63,461 nt of DNA, filler included, from Octopus bimaculoides (GCF_001194135.2; 6 parts of 6 records of this genome joined end to end with filler, not necessarily neighbours in it); one strand, 5' to 3'. Positions 13,224 through 24,854 are shown, counted from the whole stretch's first letter. Notes: generated from the letters alone by a model not told the origin. Translations and numbers: made by a program.

Positions 13224-14524
13224 TGTGTAATTTATTCTCTTCGAAGTTGCGTAGGATATTAAGTGAAATTTTAGATGCCCAGATATGCAAAACAATGCAA
13301 CAGAGACTGTAACATAATTTTCATTAGAAAATCTGCGATATTCCCAAGAGTATTTAGTTTTTTTCTAATTTTATTTTTACCTAATTTTTTTTATCTATTT
13401 AACTTTATTTTACTGGTTTATTTGGAAGCTAACAGGTTATAGCATAAATTTCTTATCATCGGTTAAAATAAAAGCCCATATACTATAACCCTTGCACTAA
13501 AATCTAGCAGTTAAAGGTGAGCTCAAGAGCAAAATGTCATTTTGAATATTGTTAAATGTGGTTGCAGTATATTACCACTTCTGTACAGATATATTTATTT
13601 AGAAATGCTAAAATAACAATTCAAAAAAATTGATATCTTGTAGTATATCAATGAACATGAGATGAGTTTCATCGTTATAAACAACTTTGTCTGCAACCAT
13701 AATAGAAGGCAAAAATATATGTAGAACATTGACAAAAATTTCAAATTAAAATTTATTCCTAATCTGGTTATATTATTTCTTTTTTATTTCTTTTTCAAAC
13801 TTCCAATAATAAATTGTATATCAATTATAAATACTAATTTAATACAAAATATTTTTTTTAATTTTGGCAATCTGAAAAGGAGGATAAATTCAGATGAATC
13901 ACGGAAGAATGGTAACGAGAAAAGCAAAGAATCATTGTTAATTTGGAAGTAAAGTTTTTCCTTAAAAATTCCATTCCCCGTTTGAAATCTATTTCACAAA
14001 ACACTCTATGTCTCTCTTTATCACTCCTTTCTCACACACTCTCTAAACACAAACACATATACATACAGACACGCACACACACATACATGCACAAGTATAT
14101 ATATGAATTTATATATATATATACACATGCACACTAGATAAAGTGTATGTTTAGACATGTTTTGCGATTTCGTTACAAACACAGAGACATATATATGAAT
14201 ATATATTTCTATAAACACGTGTTTCTATAACATTAATATCTATATTTATCAAAATCTCTCTGCCTATGTCGCTATGTCTACATGACTGTTTATGTATGTA
14301 CATGCAAGTATATGTAGACATAAATATATGCCTCTATCTATCTATCATTTTTACATAAATACATACATTTATACAAACACATATACTTACATACATACAT
14401 ACATACACATCAGCACACACACAGATGCTTATATAATTCCATTTCATGTGTGACAAAGAATGTTTTATATACCATATTTCAGTAAATGTGCACACAGGCA
14501 CCACACATGCATATGTGTGCGTGT

Positions 14525-14569
<45 letters not shown>

Positions 14570-15755
14570 GTGTGTGTATATATATAATGTATATAAAGTA
14601 TATATGTATACTTATCTAGAAATATGTTCATATGTATTTATACATTTTCAAAAAGGCATAAAGTATTTAAATTCTCGTCTGTGGAATTCTTCGTTAATTA
14701 AATGATGCCAGCTATTGGTAAATAAAACGCGTAAAAGTAAATAGAAAGTAAATAGGAAAATAGTAGTTTAAACTATTCTAAAGAATTTAAAAACCAAACA
14801 TTGTATAATGTACAAGTTTTTCTCTTCGAAGAAATTCTACGCAATTCTATTGTAGCAACGACATAAATTTCAGTATTGATGTTCAAACGATAAATACATA
14901 AATAAATAAAAAATCAAATAAATAAATAGAGAGTATAGTATGAAATAAATAACAAATACAAATAAAAATAGGATAGAACTCACAATATGGACGGTTACAT
15001 TATTATTATTTTGTTGTTTTTTTATATATCAGAACACTATTTGTTAAGCCTTTATATATACATGCATACATACATACATACATACATATATATATATATA
15101 TNNNNNNNNNNNNNNNNNNNNNNNNNNNNNNNNNNNNNNNNNNNNTTAATTAATTAANNNNNNNNNNNNNNNNNNNNNNNNNNNNNNNNNNNNNNNNNNN
15201 NTATATATATATATATATCCCAAACTTAATCCTTACTTTATAGAATGATTCATTCCGACGAGCATTTGTTTGACGAACACACTGAGACACCTATTATTTG
15301 GCGCAAAGCAAGTCAGTGCAGTGCAGACTTTAACGTGGCGACTGGGTGATTCTTTTTATTGTGGCAACACGTGTTGAGGAATGTGATGTCATAATACCAG
15401 TCCAGAAACCGGTCCACCTCAGTTCAAATACTAGAAAATCTATAGCTGGCTTCAATATAGTTATAGTGAATGATTTTCTTGACCCGTATGCTCAAAGACG
15501 GTTGATTTCTGTAGTTATTATCAGTGTTATTTTATCAGCAATTGAAAAAAGAGTTTTGGCTGTTATTTCCAGCAGGTAGACATTCATACTCAGTATATCC
15601 TTTGATTACTATGCATTTTAATCATTCAGCTATTTACTGAGTTTTGGGGCATGCAATCGCCTATATTATTGTTTCTGTTAGGATCAATTGAATTATTTTA
15701 CCCTAAATAACAATATCGTTAACAATTTCTTCGCAAATATTTTCTACTAGTTATT

Positions 15756-15789
<34 letters not shown>

Positions 15790-16112
15790 NNNNNNNNNNN
15801 NNNNNNNNNNNNNNNNNNNNNNNNNNNNNNNNNNNNNNNNNNNNNNNNNNNNNNNNNNNNNNNNNNNNNNNNNNNNNNNNNNNNNNNNNNNNNNNNNNNN
15901 NNNNNNNNNNNNNNNNNNNNNNNNNNNNNNNNNNNNNNNNNNNNNNNNNNNNNNNNNNNNNNNNNNNNNNNNNNNNNNNNNNNNNNNNNNNNNNNNNNNN
16001 NNNNNNNNNNNNNNNNNNNNNNNNNNNNNNNNNNNNNNNNNNNNNNNNNNNNNNNNNNNNNNNNNNNNNNNNNNNNNNNNNNNNNNNNNNNNNNNNNNNN
16101 NNNNNNNNNNNN

Positions 16113-16189
<77 letters not shown>

Positions 16190-16234
16190 GCATATATATG
16201 CATATATATACATATATATAAATATATGCATATA

Positions 16235-16861
16235 TACGAGGTGTGAGTAAAAGTTTTTCGGCACTTTTATTGTCATTATTGTCAACCTGTTCTGTGCAAG
16301 CGTGCATATTGTTGGTACTATTGTGGGCATATGATCGAATTTTGAGCCTTATCGCGCTACCTTTCCTTTTGGCTTTACAGTGTAAGCACGCCCGCTCCGC
16401 TAGCAATGCCAAAGAAGAATAAAGAGCAGTTAACCTAGAGATGGTAATGGCGAAACGGATCACCATTATCATATCTCAAGCTAGCTGAATATTCTCGCCA
16501 GTGGTGGAGGACGATGGGCGTCCTACTCCCTCTCTGAGCGTCACGCTTTACGGCCACTCTTACACTCCCCGACCACTCATTCACACTTCTTCACGGTAAT
16601 GCTCTGTCCCCATATTTTGCGAAATGCCGCCGATGAATTTGAACTTCTGACACACCTTCTGACCAGAGAAAACGGATCACTGCTCTTTGCTCTCCTTTGG
16701 TGCATACTGCTAGTGGAAAAATGGCGTGATCATGTACAGACTTCGATCACGTGACCACAATACTATACCAGCTATTTGTATGCATGCGCAAAAAGCACTG
16801 TGTTAATAATAAAGGTATGTTATGTCGAAAGTGCGGGTAATTTTTTACTTTCCGTCCTGTA
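16235..16861 (-). mobile_element. Internally deleted mariner element
   Basis: Minus strand ~16500-16710 encodes CTK.EQRAVIRFLWSEGVSEVQIHRR..YGD, a mariner N-terminal HTH. The ends are TA-flanked and loosely inverted (..GTAAAA..GCACTTT). Confidence 0.75.
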
Positions 16862-16890
16862 TAAATACACATATGCTAGTGTATATATAT

Positions 16891-16926
<36 letters not shown>

Positions 16927-17204
16927 GTGTGTGTGTGTGCGTGTGTGTGTAAATGAGTGAGTGTGAGTGTGTGCATGGGCTCGCGTAATTATATATCACA
17001 TTTCCGAAAATTATATTACTCGTTACAGAGTATTTTATTTTGACAAGAATTTGATGCTTCGTGATACTGCATTTTGCACCATTGTGATAAGTTAGTAAAC
17101 AAAACGTATATCTCTACCCACATGATCTGTATCTATTTCTTTTCTCATTATTTGATTACATTGCCAATTTTTGCCTTTTGAATTTAACAGTTGGCTATAG
17201 TCTT

Positions 17205-17395
17205 CTAGCGAAATGCTTAGCGATATTTCGTCTGTCTTTATGTTCTGAGTTCAAATTCCGCTGAGGTCCACTTTGCCTTTCATCCTTACGGGGTCGATAA
17301 ATTAAGTACCAGCTGCGTACTAGGGTTGCTCTGATCGACTGCCCCCCCTCCTCCTCAAACATTTCGGGCCTTTCGCTTAGAGTAGAAAAGGTAAT
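17205..17395 (+). mobile_element. SINE family B copy upstream of CR copy 1
   Basis: GAGTTCAAATTCCGCTGAGGTCCACTTTGCCTTTCATCCTTACGGGGTCGATAAATTAAGTACC. Confidence 0.85.
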
Positions 17396-18285
17396 GTAAT
17401 AAGGTCCCCACATGACAACTATTTCACAAGGACACAGATTCATCGGTATGAAATATTTTCATAAATGTATTTTATTGCGATTGAATGTTGTAATTATTTT
17501 CCTGTTGTTTTGATATTCCTACACGTTTAATCTTGTCCTATGATTGCAACCATATCCAGGTTTTGGTTTTCACGTTCTCTCACAAATATAGAGAGTTAAT
17601 ATGTTTTCAAACTTTGCTCTATATAACATGATTTAAAATATAACTGCTTTGTTTTAGGATTCCGATTGACCACCATTATTCTACAGTCATATCCAAGTTT
17701 GTCAGAATATCCACCTGTTCTGTTATGAAGAAGACCTTTTTACTGTTTCACACAAATCTGGCCAACGAAATAGACGGAATTATAACGATACATGTATAAG
17801 GGATCTCCACATAACTTTTGAAAGAAAACACTGATAAGTATTTTACCAAGAATATTGAAAGGAATACGTAACATGCAGTGCCGAATAGATGTACATGACT
17901 GCGCAATCTGAAGGTTATTCCAAATACTGATTTTACTTTCACAAGTAATTAAGTCGACAGCAAGAGTAATTATCATCATTCTTGTCAACATTTTATATCA
18001 TTCAATAGACAACACGACATACCGAGATGAATATTGAGAACATTTTTCGTATTTAAGAGAGTGTTGTCTCCGTTGTATTTTAAAACTATCATGTGATCTC
18101 TTAGTAATCTGCAGTAATTTTTTGTTTTTGCGAACAACGTGAATGGTACTGATTTAAGTAAAATAAAAGAAAAAAGATCTCATAGTTAAGTAAAATAAGC
18201 TACAAAACCATCAAATTGTCATTGATAAAAGCAAAATAAAGAGTAATTGACTGAGATTTAACTTACAAAACTATTACACATAAAT

Positions 18286-19497
18286 ATGTTGATTCTGTAT
18301 CTTGCTCTAATCGTGACAACATGTGTATTCGTTGTGAACTGTGAGCCGAGATACAAAGATGAAGAGAGATTGCAACTTGACATCTTATCTACCTACAACA
18401 AACATATAAGACCTGACATTAATGTAACTGCATCAGTAGATGTATATGCAAGCTTATATCTTGATATACTCTATGATTTGGATTTTGTAAACAACATCCT
18501 TACGGCTCGGTACTGGATTCAACTGAAATGGACGCATGAAATGCTGAGATGGAATCCATTAAACTATAAAAATATTTCGCGTACCTACCTACGTAAAGAT
18601 ATGATATGGATTCCATCTATTACAATGTGCAACACAATGAAACAATCAGAAGATAAAGACAATCCTTCCGAAGTATCTGTGTATTTTAATGGATCTATAG
18701 AAATTAGTTTAATTAAATTATTGCACACCTACTGTGAAATAAATGCTTACACATTCCCTTTCGATGAACATACATGCAATGTATCCATGTGTGTCTCATT
18801 GCAAGAACTTCACCATGCGAAAAGGACGAAACTTACTTATAAATCGAGACAAGCGAAACACTCTAAATGGGATATCAAATTTTCTGGTGGGACAAATGGT
18901 ACAAACTATTATCACTACAGTTACGTAGATGCTACTATGTACCTACGGCGTAAATGCAATGTAGGTGTCATAGCTATGCTGATTCCGACAATAATGCTGA
19001 CTATTTTAACTGCCTTTATTTTTCTTCTACCTCCTGAATCGGGTGAAAAAGTTACTCTAGCAACGACAATATTTTTATCAAATATCTTGTACCTTGCACA
19101 AATTGAGAAAAACCCACTGATAAATTCAAAAAAGCCCTCGCTTCTTGTTTTATATATAATGGTATTATCATTGTTATGTGGTATCGCTTCAATTGGTTCG
19201 GTGATTATAAGCAAGTTGTATGTAAACCAGTCATCTGATAACAACAAAGTGAAGGCGTCGCATCAAAGTAACATCACCTCACGCGTTAATCAAATTGCAG
19301 ATATTTCAATTATACCTAAGGAAGAATCCAATCCTGTACTCAAAAAGGACATGTCAGGAAAAGGATTCAGAAAATGCATTTTCCATTATAGCCGACTTGA
19401 TGACATATTTCTAAAATTTACCATTGCAAACTTAACTGTATTTTCAATAGTATTCATTTATTTATTGTATATGGCAGAGAAAGTTTCTTCCTTTTAA
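18286..19497 (+). CDS. Cephalopod chemotactile-receptor-like Cys-loop ligand-gated ion channel subunit (divergent nAChR-like), intact, 403 aa, CR copy 1
   Basis: Signal peptide, YNKHIRP, IWIPSI, Cys-loop C150-x13-C164 containing FPFD, M1-M2 LPPESGEKV, four TM segments and a short M3-M4 loop. No loop-C vicinal cysteines and no introns in the CDS. Confidence 0.93.
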   Translation: MLILYLALIVTTCVFVVNCEPRYKDEERLQLDILSTYNKHIRPDINVTASVDVYASLYLDILYDLDFVNNILTARYWIQLKWTHEMLRWNPLNYKNISRTYLRKDMIWIPSITMCNTMKQSEDKDNPSEVSVYFNGSIEISLIKLLHTYCEINAYTFPFDEHTCNVSMCVSLQELHHAKRTKLTYKSRQAKHSKWDIKFSGGTNGTNYYHYSYVDATMYLRRKCNVGVIAMLIPTIMLTILTAFIFLLPPESGEKVTLATTIFLSNILYLAQIEKNPLINSKKPSLLVLYIMVLSLLCGIASIGSVIISKLYVNQSSDNNKVKASHQSNITSRVNQIADISIIPKEESNPVLKKDMSGKGFRKCIFHYSRLDDIFLKFTIANLTVFSIVFIYLLYMAEKVSSF

Positions 19498-20014
19498 CGT
19501 ACAAGGACAAACTGTATTTTTTGTAAGAAATTGTGTCTACTATCCGTGTCAGACACAAATATGTAGAATCTTTACTTTATATGAAGAACCCAATATTAAA
19601 AGTATATGTCTGGATTTGTCACCTTTAAAATGGTTAATTCAGATACAGACAAATCAATGATACTATAAAAGGAACATTGGAAAAGTTTCCGTTCTACTAT
19701 GCTCATTCTAGGATCTTGTTGATGATAGACATTCACATGAAAACTTCTACACAAATACACAGTATAATAACTGCGAAAATTATGACGTAGATGGTAGAAT
19801 TGAGGATGTGTATATCTATGTACATCTACATAATAAAACGCACATATAAACTCAAACACACATGTATGTGTATATATAAATATATATATATACATATGTG
19901 TGTGTGTGCATACAAGCATATAAAATGACTAGTTTAAATTCGGATATACTGCATTTGTACAGTGCAATATTTAAGGCATGAGAAGTTATGTACATTATTT
20001 ATATTATTTACATT

Positions 20015-20075
20015 TGACGGATATTAATCATCGTTTCGGCTGATATACCCTCCAAGCCTTCATCAGGTGTCTTGG
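20015..20075 (-). ncRNA. Hammerhead ribozyme-like core in the Penelope terminal region (probably degenerate)
   Basis: Minus strand reads GACAC-CTGATGA-a-GGCT..AGCC-GAAAC. The catalytic boxes are at 20066-20060 and 20037-20033 with a helix II between them. Helix I/III pairing is not convincing in this copy. Confidence 0.55.
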
Positions 20076-20169
20076 GGAAATTTCGAACCTGGGTCCTCAT
20101 TACAAAAGTTTTTTTCGATGTTGTTATTATTATTATTATTATCATTATTGGTATTAGTATTATTATTCA

Positions 20170-20241
20170 GGTCACTGCCTGAAATCGAAATCGGAATCTT
20201 GGGGTTAGCAGCCCGCGCTCTTAACCACTATGCCACATGCC
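20170..20241 (-). ncRNA. tRNA-like unit (Pol III A/B boxes) in the Penelope terminal region
   Basis: TGGCATAGTGGTTAAGAGC (A box), CT-GCT-AA anticodon-like loop, GATTTCGATTTC (imperfect B box). No good acceptor stem. Confidence 0.55.
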
Positions 20242-23200
20242 TGTGGGCAATTATGGAGTGAATTTTTACGGCTTATATATCTAGCATTTTCCTATCCTTC
20301 CTTAATACCTGTTTCCATATGCTATTCGTATCTGCACTCTGTCTGCTTATGAGGTTGTTGTGTCCTAGTATATATGCTGCTTCTTTTAGTTTTCGTATTT
20401 TCCACTGGTGTTCTCTGTCTATTATTTTAAGCTCACCCCACAGGGAAAGGTGGTCTCCATTTTTCCATACATGATCAGCTATACCCGATTCATCAACATC
20501 ACGTGTCAGAGCTTTGCGATTTTCCTCCACCCTTATTTTGTGGGGGATGGCATGTTTCGCCTTTATATAACCTACAACAGCTGCATGGGATGGAGTACAC
20601 GCGGTTTTGGGTCATATTGTTTTCTATTGGTAATTTTACCTCCAGGAGATATTTTTGAAGTGTTGTATTACTCTTGAATACTGTCCTGATGTCATGTGGG
20701 CCGCATCTCAACACTACTGTAAACTACCACACAGGTACGGTCTCCCTAAAATTTACAAGGATAGTATTCCATTAAGAACTATGAGCTGTCAAGGTTCAGC
20801 ATGTCATCTACTGAGCTGCTTCTTTGTGAAATATAATCAGTCCATTTGCATGGAAGTCCAAATCATTCGTGAAGAATTCCAACCAATTCACAGAATTGAT
20901 CAAGGACACCCCCATTGAATCCAACCAGATGGTGAGCTTAGATGTGATAAATCTGTTCGCCAAAGTCCCAACTGGTAAAGCGCTATCGGTGATTCAAGAA
21001 AATCTAGTGACAGACACCCATCTAAAAGAACGGTCTAGTATTCCAATAAGAAACTTGATGGACATGGTTACTTTCCGTGTAGAAACTACCTACTTCAGTA
21101 TAGACACTGATATATATCGACAAGACCAGTGTTTAGCGATGGGTACGCCATTATCACCGATAATAGCCAATATATACATGGAATACTTTGAGAATATCGC
21201 TTTAGGATAAACACCAATAAAGCCAACCCTATGGCTGCGATATGTTGATGACACCTTTATAGTCTGGCCCCAACAGGAATATGTCGATGTACTGTTAGAT
21301 CATGTGAACTCAATAAAGCCATCCATACAGTTCACAATGGAAAAAGGAAAAAAGACAATCAGCTAGCATTCCTGGACGTATGAATAACACGCACCAAGTA
21401 TAGATTCAGGATATCTGTATACTGCAAACTGACCTTCACTGATCGATACCTTAACTTCAATTCCCACCATCCATGCAGTGTGAAGACAAGGATTGCTCAC
21501 TGACTAAAACATCAAGCAAAAAATATAAGCAGCGATCGTGATACCCACCATGAAGAAATGATCAAGCTCAGTAACCATCTATTAAGCAACAACTGTCCAC
21601 AAAACATACTATCTACTACAATTATGTAGAAAAGAGAGGATGAAACCAATAAACGGTCTACAGTCTGTCTAAGCTATGTAAAAGGCCTCTCCGAAAGATA
21701 CAAAAGATATCCGACCCATATGACATCAGGAGAGTATTGAAGAGTAACACAACACTTCGCAAATATCTCCTGGGAGTAAAAGTACCAATAGAAGAGAAGA
21801 TGACTCAAAACTATGGGTACTCCATCCCATGCAGCTGTGGTAGGTTATACAAAGGTGTAACATGTCACCCCCCACAAAATAAGGGTAGGGGAACATCGCA
21901 AAACTGTGACACGAGGTGATATTGATAAACCGGGTATAGCTGATCATGTATGGAAAAATGGAGACCACCTCCCACTGTGGGATGAAGTTAAAATAATAGA
22001 CAGAGAACTCCACTGGAAAATACGAAAACTAAAAGAAGCAGCACATATGCTAGGGCACAACAACCTCCTAAGCAGATAGAGTGCACATATGAGTAGCTTA
22101 TGGGAACCGGTATTAAGGAAGGATAGGAAAATATTAGATTTATAAGCCCTAAAATTTCACTCCATAATTGCCCACGGGCATATGNNNNNNNNNNNNNNNN
22201 NNNNNNNNNNNNNNNNNNNNNNNNNNNNNNNNNNNNNNNNNNNNNNNNNNNNNNNNNNNNNNNNNNNNNNNNNNNNNNNNNNNNNNNNNNNNNNNNNNNN
22301 NNNNNNNNNNNNNNNNNNNNNNNNNNNNNNNNNNNNNNNNNNNNNNNNNNNNNNNNNNNNNNNNNNNNNNNNNNNNNNNNNNNNNNNNNNNNNNNNNNNN
22401 NNNNNNNNNNNNNNNNNNNNNNNNNNNNNNNNNNNNNNNNNNNNNNNNNNNNNNNNNNNNNNNNNNNNNNNNNNNNNNNNNNNNNNNNNNNNNNNNNNNN
22501 NNNNNNNNNNNNNNNNNNNNNNNNNNNNNNNNNNNNNNNNNNNNNNNNNNNNNNNNNNNNNNNNNNNNNNNNNNNNNNNNNNNNNNNNNNNNNNNNNNNN
22601 NNNNNNNNNNNNNNNNNNNNNNNNNNNNNATATATATATATATATATATAGGATATCTAACGACTAAATTTTCATTGGAGTGTATTTCATTGTTTTCCAC
22701 CGTAATATCCAAGATACAAATAAGAAAGCTTACATAATCTCTCATTTTCGTTTTGTATAATAACACGAAATTTTATATTTATATGTCTTCAAGATAACGT
22801 TTAACTATATTTTAGCTTGTAAGTAATTATACTTTAAAGTCCATGCATGGATAGGCATTCCAAAGTTGTAAAGATTCATAGGCATAAAATACTTACATGA
22901 AACCATTCTATTATTTTTGAGTGATGTCATTGTTTTCTGATTTTGTTTTACAGTCTTCGGCGTTTAATTAAGCTCTCCCATAATTACCGTATTTTTTTTT
23001 CTTCGCACAATTTTTACAGAGAATTATTTTTTGTACAAATTTTGATCTGCCTAACATTATCTAGCAAATACCTTGTTTCTTTTAGGCTGCCAATTCATCT
23101 GTTTACAGTCAAGTGAAAGTTTGATACACTATACACAAGATCATTTTACTGTTTCATGCGGATATCATCACCGAAGTAATCGATACAAAGCATCCAATAC

Positions 23201-23669
23201 CTACCAATTTTGAGGTATACCTTCGTATATATTAAAAAAGGACGCCTTTTAATATGTCACCACGAACACTGGACGAGATGTATAACGTGCAATGCTGATT
23301 AGATGTTTATGACTGCGGCACCAGAAAGTTCTGTTCAAATTCTGATCTTAATTTCCAACTAATAGCATTAGTATGGTAATCCGTCTATACTTTTAAGTGG
23401 AAAAGAATGAGTGGCGGCACATATTTGTGTACTTATTTTGTATTTACANNNNNNNNNNATTTTTCTATTTTATTATTAAACTATAATGTGCATGTTAGTA
23501 ATCAGTCGTAATATTTTTGTTAACAACAAAAATGACACGCGTTCAAGAAAAAATTGATATCTGATAATTAAGTAAAATAAGGTAAATTCTTTCAAATATT
23601 CTTAATGATAAAATATAAAAGAAATTGTAATTTGCATAGATATTCCTTACAGAATAATTATACATAAAA

Positions 23670-24854
23670 ATGTTTGTCCAGTACCTCGTTCTGCTTCTGA
23701 CTACATTTCTGTCGTTAGTAAATACTGACCCACTGTACAAAGATGAGTTAAGGCTGAAAGACAAATTATTATCTAATTATGCGCATCATATCTGACCTAT
23801 CATTAATTTAACTGCGTCGGTCGATATAAAAGCAGAATTATGCCTTGAAGTACTCTATGAATTGGACTTTGTAAACAGTATACTTTCGGCTCGGTATTGG
23901 ATTAAACTGCAGTGGACTGATGAATTGTTGAGATGGAATCCATTAAACTATAATAATATGACACGTATGTATCTACCTAAAAATAAGATATGGATCCCGT
24001 CTATTACAATATTTAACTCAAGAACAGAATCAAAATATAAATATAGTTATCAAGATGTAACTGTGTATTCTAAAGGATCTGTGGAAATGGTGTCAATCAG
24101 ATTTCTGCATACCGATTGTCAAATAGAAGCCTACATTTATCCTTTTGATCTACAGACATGTTATATTTTTCTGGGTATACCAACATATAAACCTCAAGAT
24201 ACAAAAATAAAAGAAATTCTTTGCGGTAAAGAAAATGATACTACCAACTATCAATGGGATATCACATTGTATTGTAACGTAGATAGCGCGAACAAACACT
24301 ACAACTACGTAGATGTTACGATGTACTTATATCGTAAATTGAATGCAGGTATCATCGCTATGTTGATTCCAACAATGACGATAACTATTTTGACTATCTT
24401 CGTTTTCGTTCTACCACCAGAATCTGGTGAGAAAGTTTCTTTAGGTACGACGTTGTTTTTATCAAATATTTTGTACCTTGTAGAAGTCGAGAAGACCATA
24501 CCGAAAAATTCAAAAAGACTCTCGCTTTTTGTTTTATATTTAATGGTATTATCATTGCTAAGTGGTATCGCTACAATTGGTTCGGTAGTTATAAGCAAGT
24601 TATATGTAAAGCAGTCGTCTGATAATATCAAATTGAACACATCGCATCAAACAAACATGTCGTCACGCATTAACCAAATTGCAGATATTTCAATAGTATC
24701 TAAGGAAGAATCGAATCCTGTACATAAAAAGGACATGCCAGGAAAAAAAATGAAAAAATATACTTTCCATTACAACCGAGTTGATGACATATGTCTAAAA
24801 TTTATCATTATAATATCGGCATTAGTTTCAATTACCTTTATTTGTCTTTCATAA
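23670..24854 (+). pseudogene. CR copy 2: full-length Cys-loop receptor frame (394 codons) with a single in-frame TGA at codon 42 (23793-23795); pseudogene, null allele or recoded gene
   Basis: ATG 23670 starts MFVQYLVLLLTTFLSLVNTDPLYKDELRL..YAHHI*PIIN, in frame with ORF 23862..24854. Cys-loop C-x13-C, LPPESGEKV and four TMs are present, colinear with copy 1. Confidence 0.85.

Larger units (their letters stand above)
19955..22184 (+). mobile_element. Penelope-like retroelement (RT + GIY-YIG) with an inverted 5' copy of its 3' end; right end runs into an N gap
   Basis: Plus strand gives YGLPKIYK, VSLDVINLF, AMGTPLSPIIANIYMEYFE, WLRYVDDTF and YSIPCSCGRLYKG. Minus strand 20235-20715 repeats ~21710-22184 (GIADHVWKNGDH..WKIRKLKEAA). 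Confidence 0.9.

Noticed and set aside
15146-15157. TTAATTAATTAA islands inside N runs (also 30355, 37184, 52885, 61333)
   Set aside because: The same six-frame-stop palindrome is centred in gaps of the same size each time. It is a scaffolding linker, not biology.
18921-19247. Antisense ORFs over the CR TM regions (also 24305-24640)
   Set aside because: They are shadows of hydrophobic codon usage on the coding strand, with no independent motif.
23793-23795. Selenocysteine reading of the TGA
   Set aside because: The homologous residue is Arg, not Cys, and I see no SECIS-like hairpin in the short 3' flank.
23862-23864. TTG start given by the ORF track for CR copy 2
   Set aside because: The true start is ATG 23670, which has a signal peptide and aligns with copy 1. 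The track starts late because of the TGA at 23793.
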